Shown here piece by piece: positions 6,358-7,061 of a DNA stretch of 7,061 bases. The stretch is from positions 1 to 7,061 of the forward strand of contig JBHLPL010000102.1 in the NCBI GenBank assembly GCA_048939465.1, written 5' to 3'. Source of the DNA: Promethearchaeota archaeon (GTDB lineage: Archaea > Asgardarchaeota > Odinarchaeia > Odinarchaeales > JBHLKK01). The position numbers and the translations under genes were made by a program. The notes under the pieces were generated by a model, which was not told the origin of the DNA, did not search any database, and worked only from the letters and a program-made list of their open reading frames with translations. The stretch's first letter is position 1. Each line of letters begins with the position of its first letter.

Positions 6358-6379
6358 TCTTGGAACATATGTTCTAAGA
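6358..6379. repeat. 22-bp near-perfect palindrome, candidate transcription-factor operator
   Basis: TCTTGGAACATATGTTCTAAGA: perfect 12-bp core GAACATATGTTC (6363-6374) plus TCTT/AAGA arms, one mismatch, 10 nt upstream of the BRE/TATA-like motif at 6390. Confidence 0.55.
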
Positions 6380-6388
6380 AACACCGTA

Positions 6389-6404
6389 GAAAACCTTCTT
6401 AAGT
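6389..6404 (+). promoter_or_regulatory. Candidate BRE + TATA-like promoter for the propeller gene
   Basis: GAAAACC-TTCTTAAGT; matches 3339-3351 at 12 of 13 nt; about 115 nt before the ATG at 6517. Confidence 0.45.
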
Positions 6405-6516
6405 CGAATTCTTGTGGCGTTTTGGAATCTTACCTTATGGCAAAGCAACATTAATAAATCGATTTACTTAGTAGTTCGTGTCGCGATGTTCTTCAAGGGC
6501 GAGGGAAGAATAAGAT

Positions 6517-7061
6517 ATGAAGCATGCTCGTGTATTTCCAATGATTCTTTTGGCGGTCTTTGCCCTGACACTACTAATGGTAGATGTCTCGGTTCCTCAA
6601 GCGAACCAGGTGCCCCGAGACCTCTTAAGTGATTGGCCCATGTTTCGACGTGATCCAGCCCACACGGGATATACAAGCATGATGGCTCCCTTTCACCCAT
6701 CGCTAATCTGGACTTACGAGACTGGTCATGAGATTGTCTCCTCTCCTGCTGCTGCAGACGGAAAAATCTACATTGGCGCTTATAGTAGCCGTGCCAATGA
6801 TATTGGCTATGTCTACTGTCTGAATGCTAAAGACGGCACCCTAATATGGAAGTACAGAACGGAAGGCCAGCTGCTTGAATCTTCTCCTGCCGCTGTTAGC
6901 GGCAGAATCTACCTAGGTGCTTCAAGCGGCGACGTTTATTGCTTGGATGCAGATGATGGTAGACTGATCTGGCGGTATTCAACCGGAGAATGGGTGCGGT
7001 CTTCTCCCATTGTAGTTAATGAAAGAGTTTACATAGGTTCTGGCAATTCGGATATTGGGGA
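6517..7061 (+). CDS. Secreted or membrane-anchored PQQ-like (BamB-type) beta-propeller repeat protein, 5' part; runs off the window and is absent from the ORF track
   Basis: ATG at 6517 follows an in-frame TAA (6511-6513). Translation: MKHARVFPMILLAVFALTLLMVDVSVPQA (signal-peptide-like), then DWPMFRRDPAHTGY (typical start of PQQ-repeat domains), then three repeats: LIWTYETGHEIVSSPAAADGKIYIG / LIWKYRTEGQLLESSPAAVSGRIYLG / LIWRYSTGEWVRSSPIVVNERVYIG, with VYCLNAKDG and VYCLDADDG between them. No stop before the window end. Confidence 0.92.
   Translation, partial: MKHARVFPMILLAVFALTLLMVDVSVPQANQVPRDLLSDWPMFRRDPAHTGYTSMMAPFHPSLIWTYETGHEIVSSPAAADGKIYIGAYSSRANDIGYVYCLNAKDGTLIWKYRTEGQLLESSPAAVSGRIYLGASSGDVYCLDADDGRLIWRYSTGEWVRSSPIVVNERVYIGSGNSDIG

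Noticed and set aside
4386-6700. ORFs 4386-4625, 4801-5094, 5477-5752, 6414-6632 and 6464-6700
   Set aside because: They are out-of-frame or antisense overlaps of glnA, hutI or the propeller gene; the real frame in 6517-7061 is a different one.
1-7061. CRISPR arrays, IS elements, tRNA/rRNA, frameshifted pseudogenes
   Set aside because: No regularly spaced repeats, transposase motifs, terminal inverted repeats or RNA-gene signatures were seen; the four complete genes (hutH, ftr, glnA-like, hutI-like) are uninterrupted and of normal length.

Overview
This ~7 kb window looks archaeal (inferred from an Ftr homologue, BRE/TATA-like motifs and a secreted PQQ-type propeller; Bathyarchaeia-like is a guess). 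It holds a histidine-utilisation (hut) cluster: hutU (3' part) -> hutH -> <- ftr-like | glnA-like -> hutI-like ->, followed by a 5' fragment of a secreted beta-propeller repeat gene that the ORF track misses. HutU and HutH have canonical motifs. No hutG, hutF or formiminotransferase-cyclodeaminase gene (the usual last step) is in the window. Instead, a formylmethanofuran:H4MPT formyltransferase (Ftr) paralogue and a glutamine-synthetase-family gene sit between hutH and hutI. The Ftr-like, GS-like and HutI-like proteins all keep their catalytic/metal residues but have altered substrate-pocket motifs, and they share one divergent promoter region. Main hypothesis (inference): a variant histidine catabolic route that passes the imidazole C1 unit to tetrahydromethanopterin rather than to folate or free formate/formamide. 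Reference motifs were compared from memory and no searches were run.
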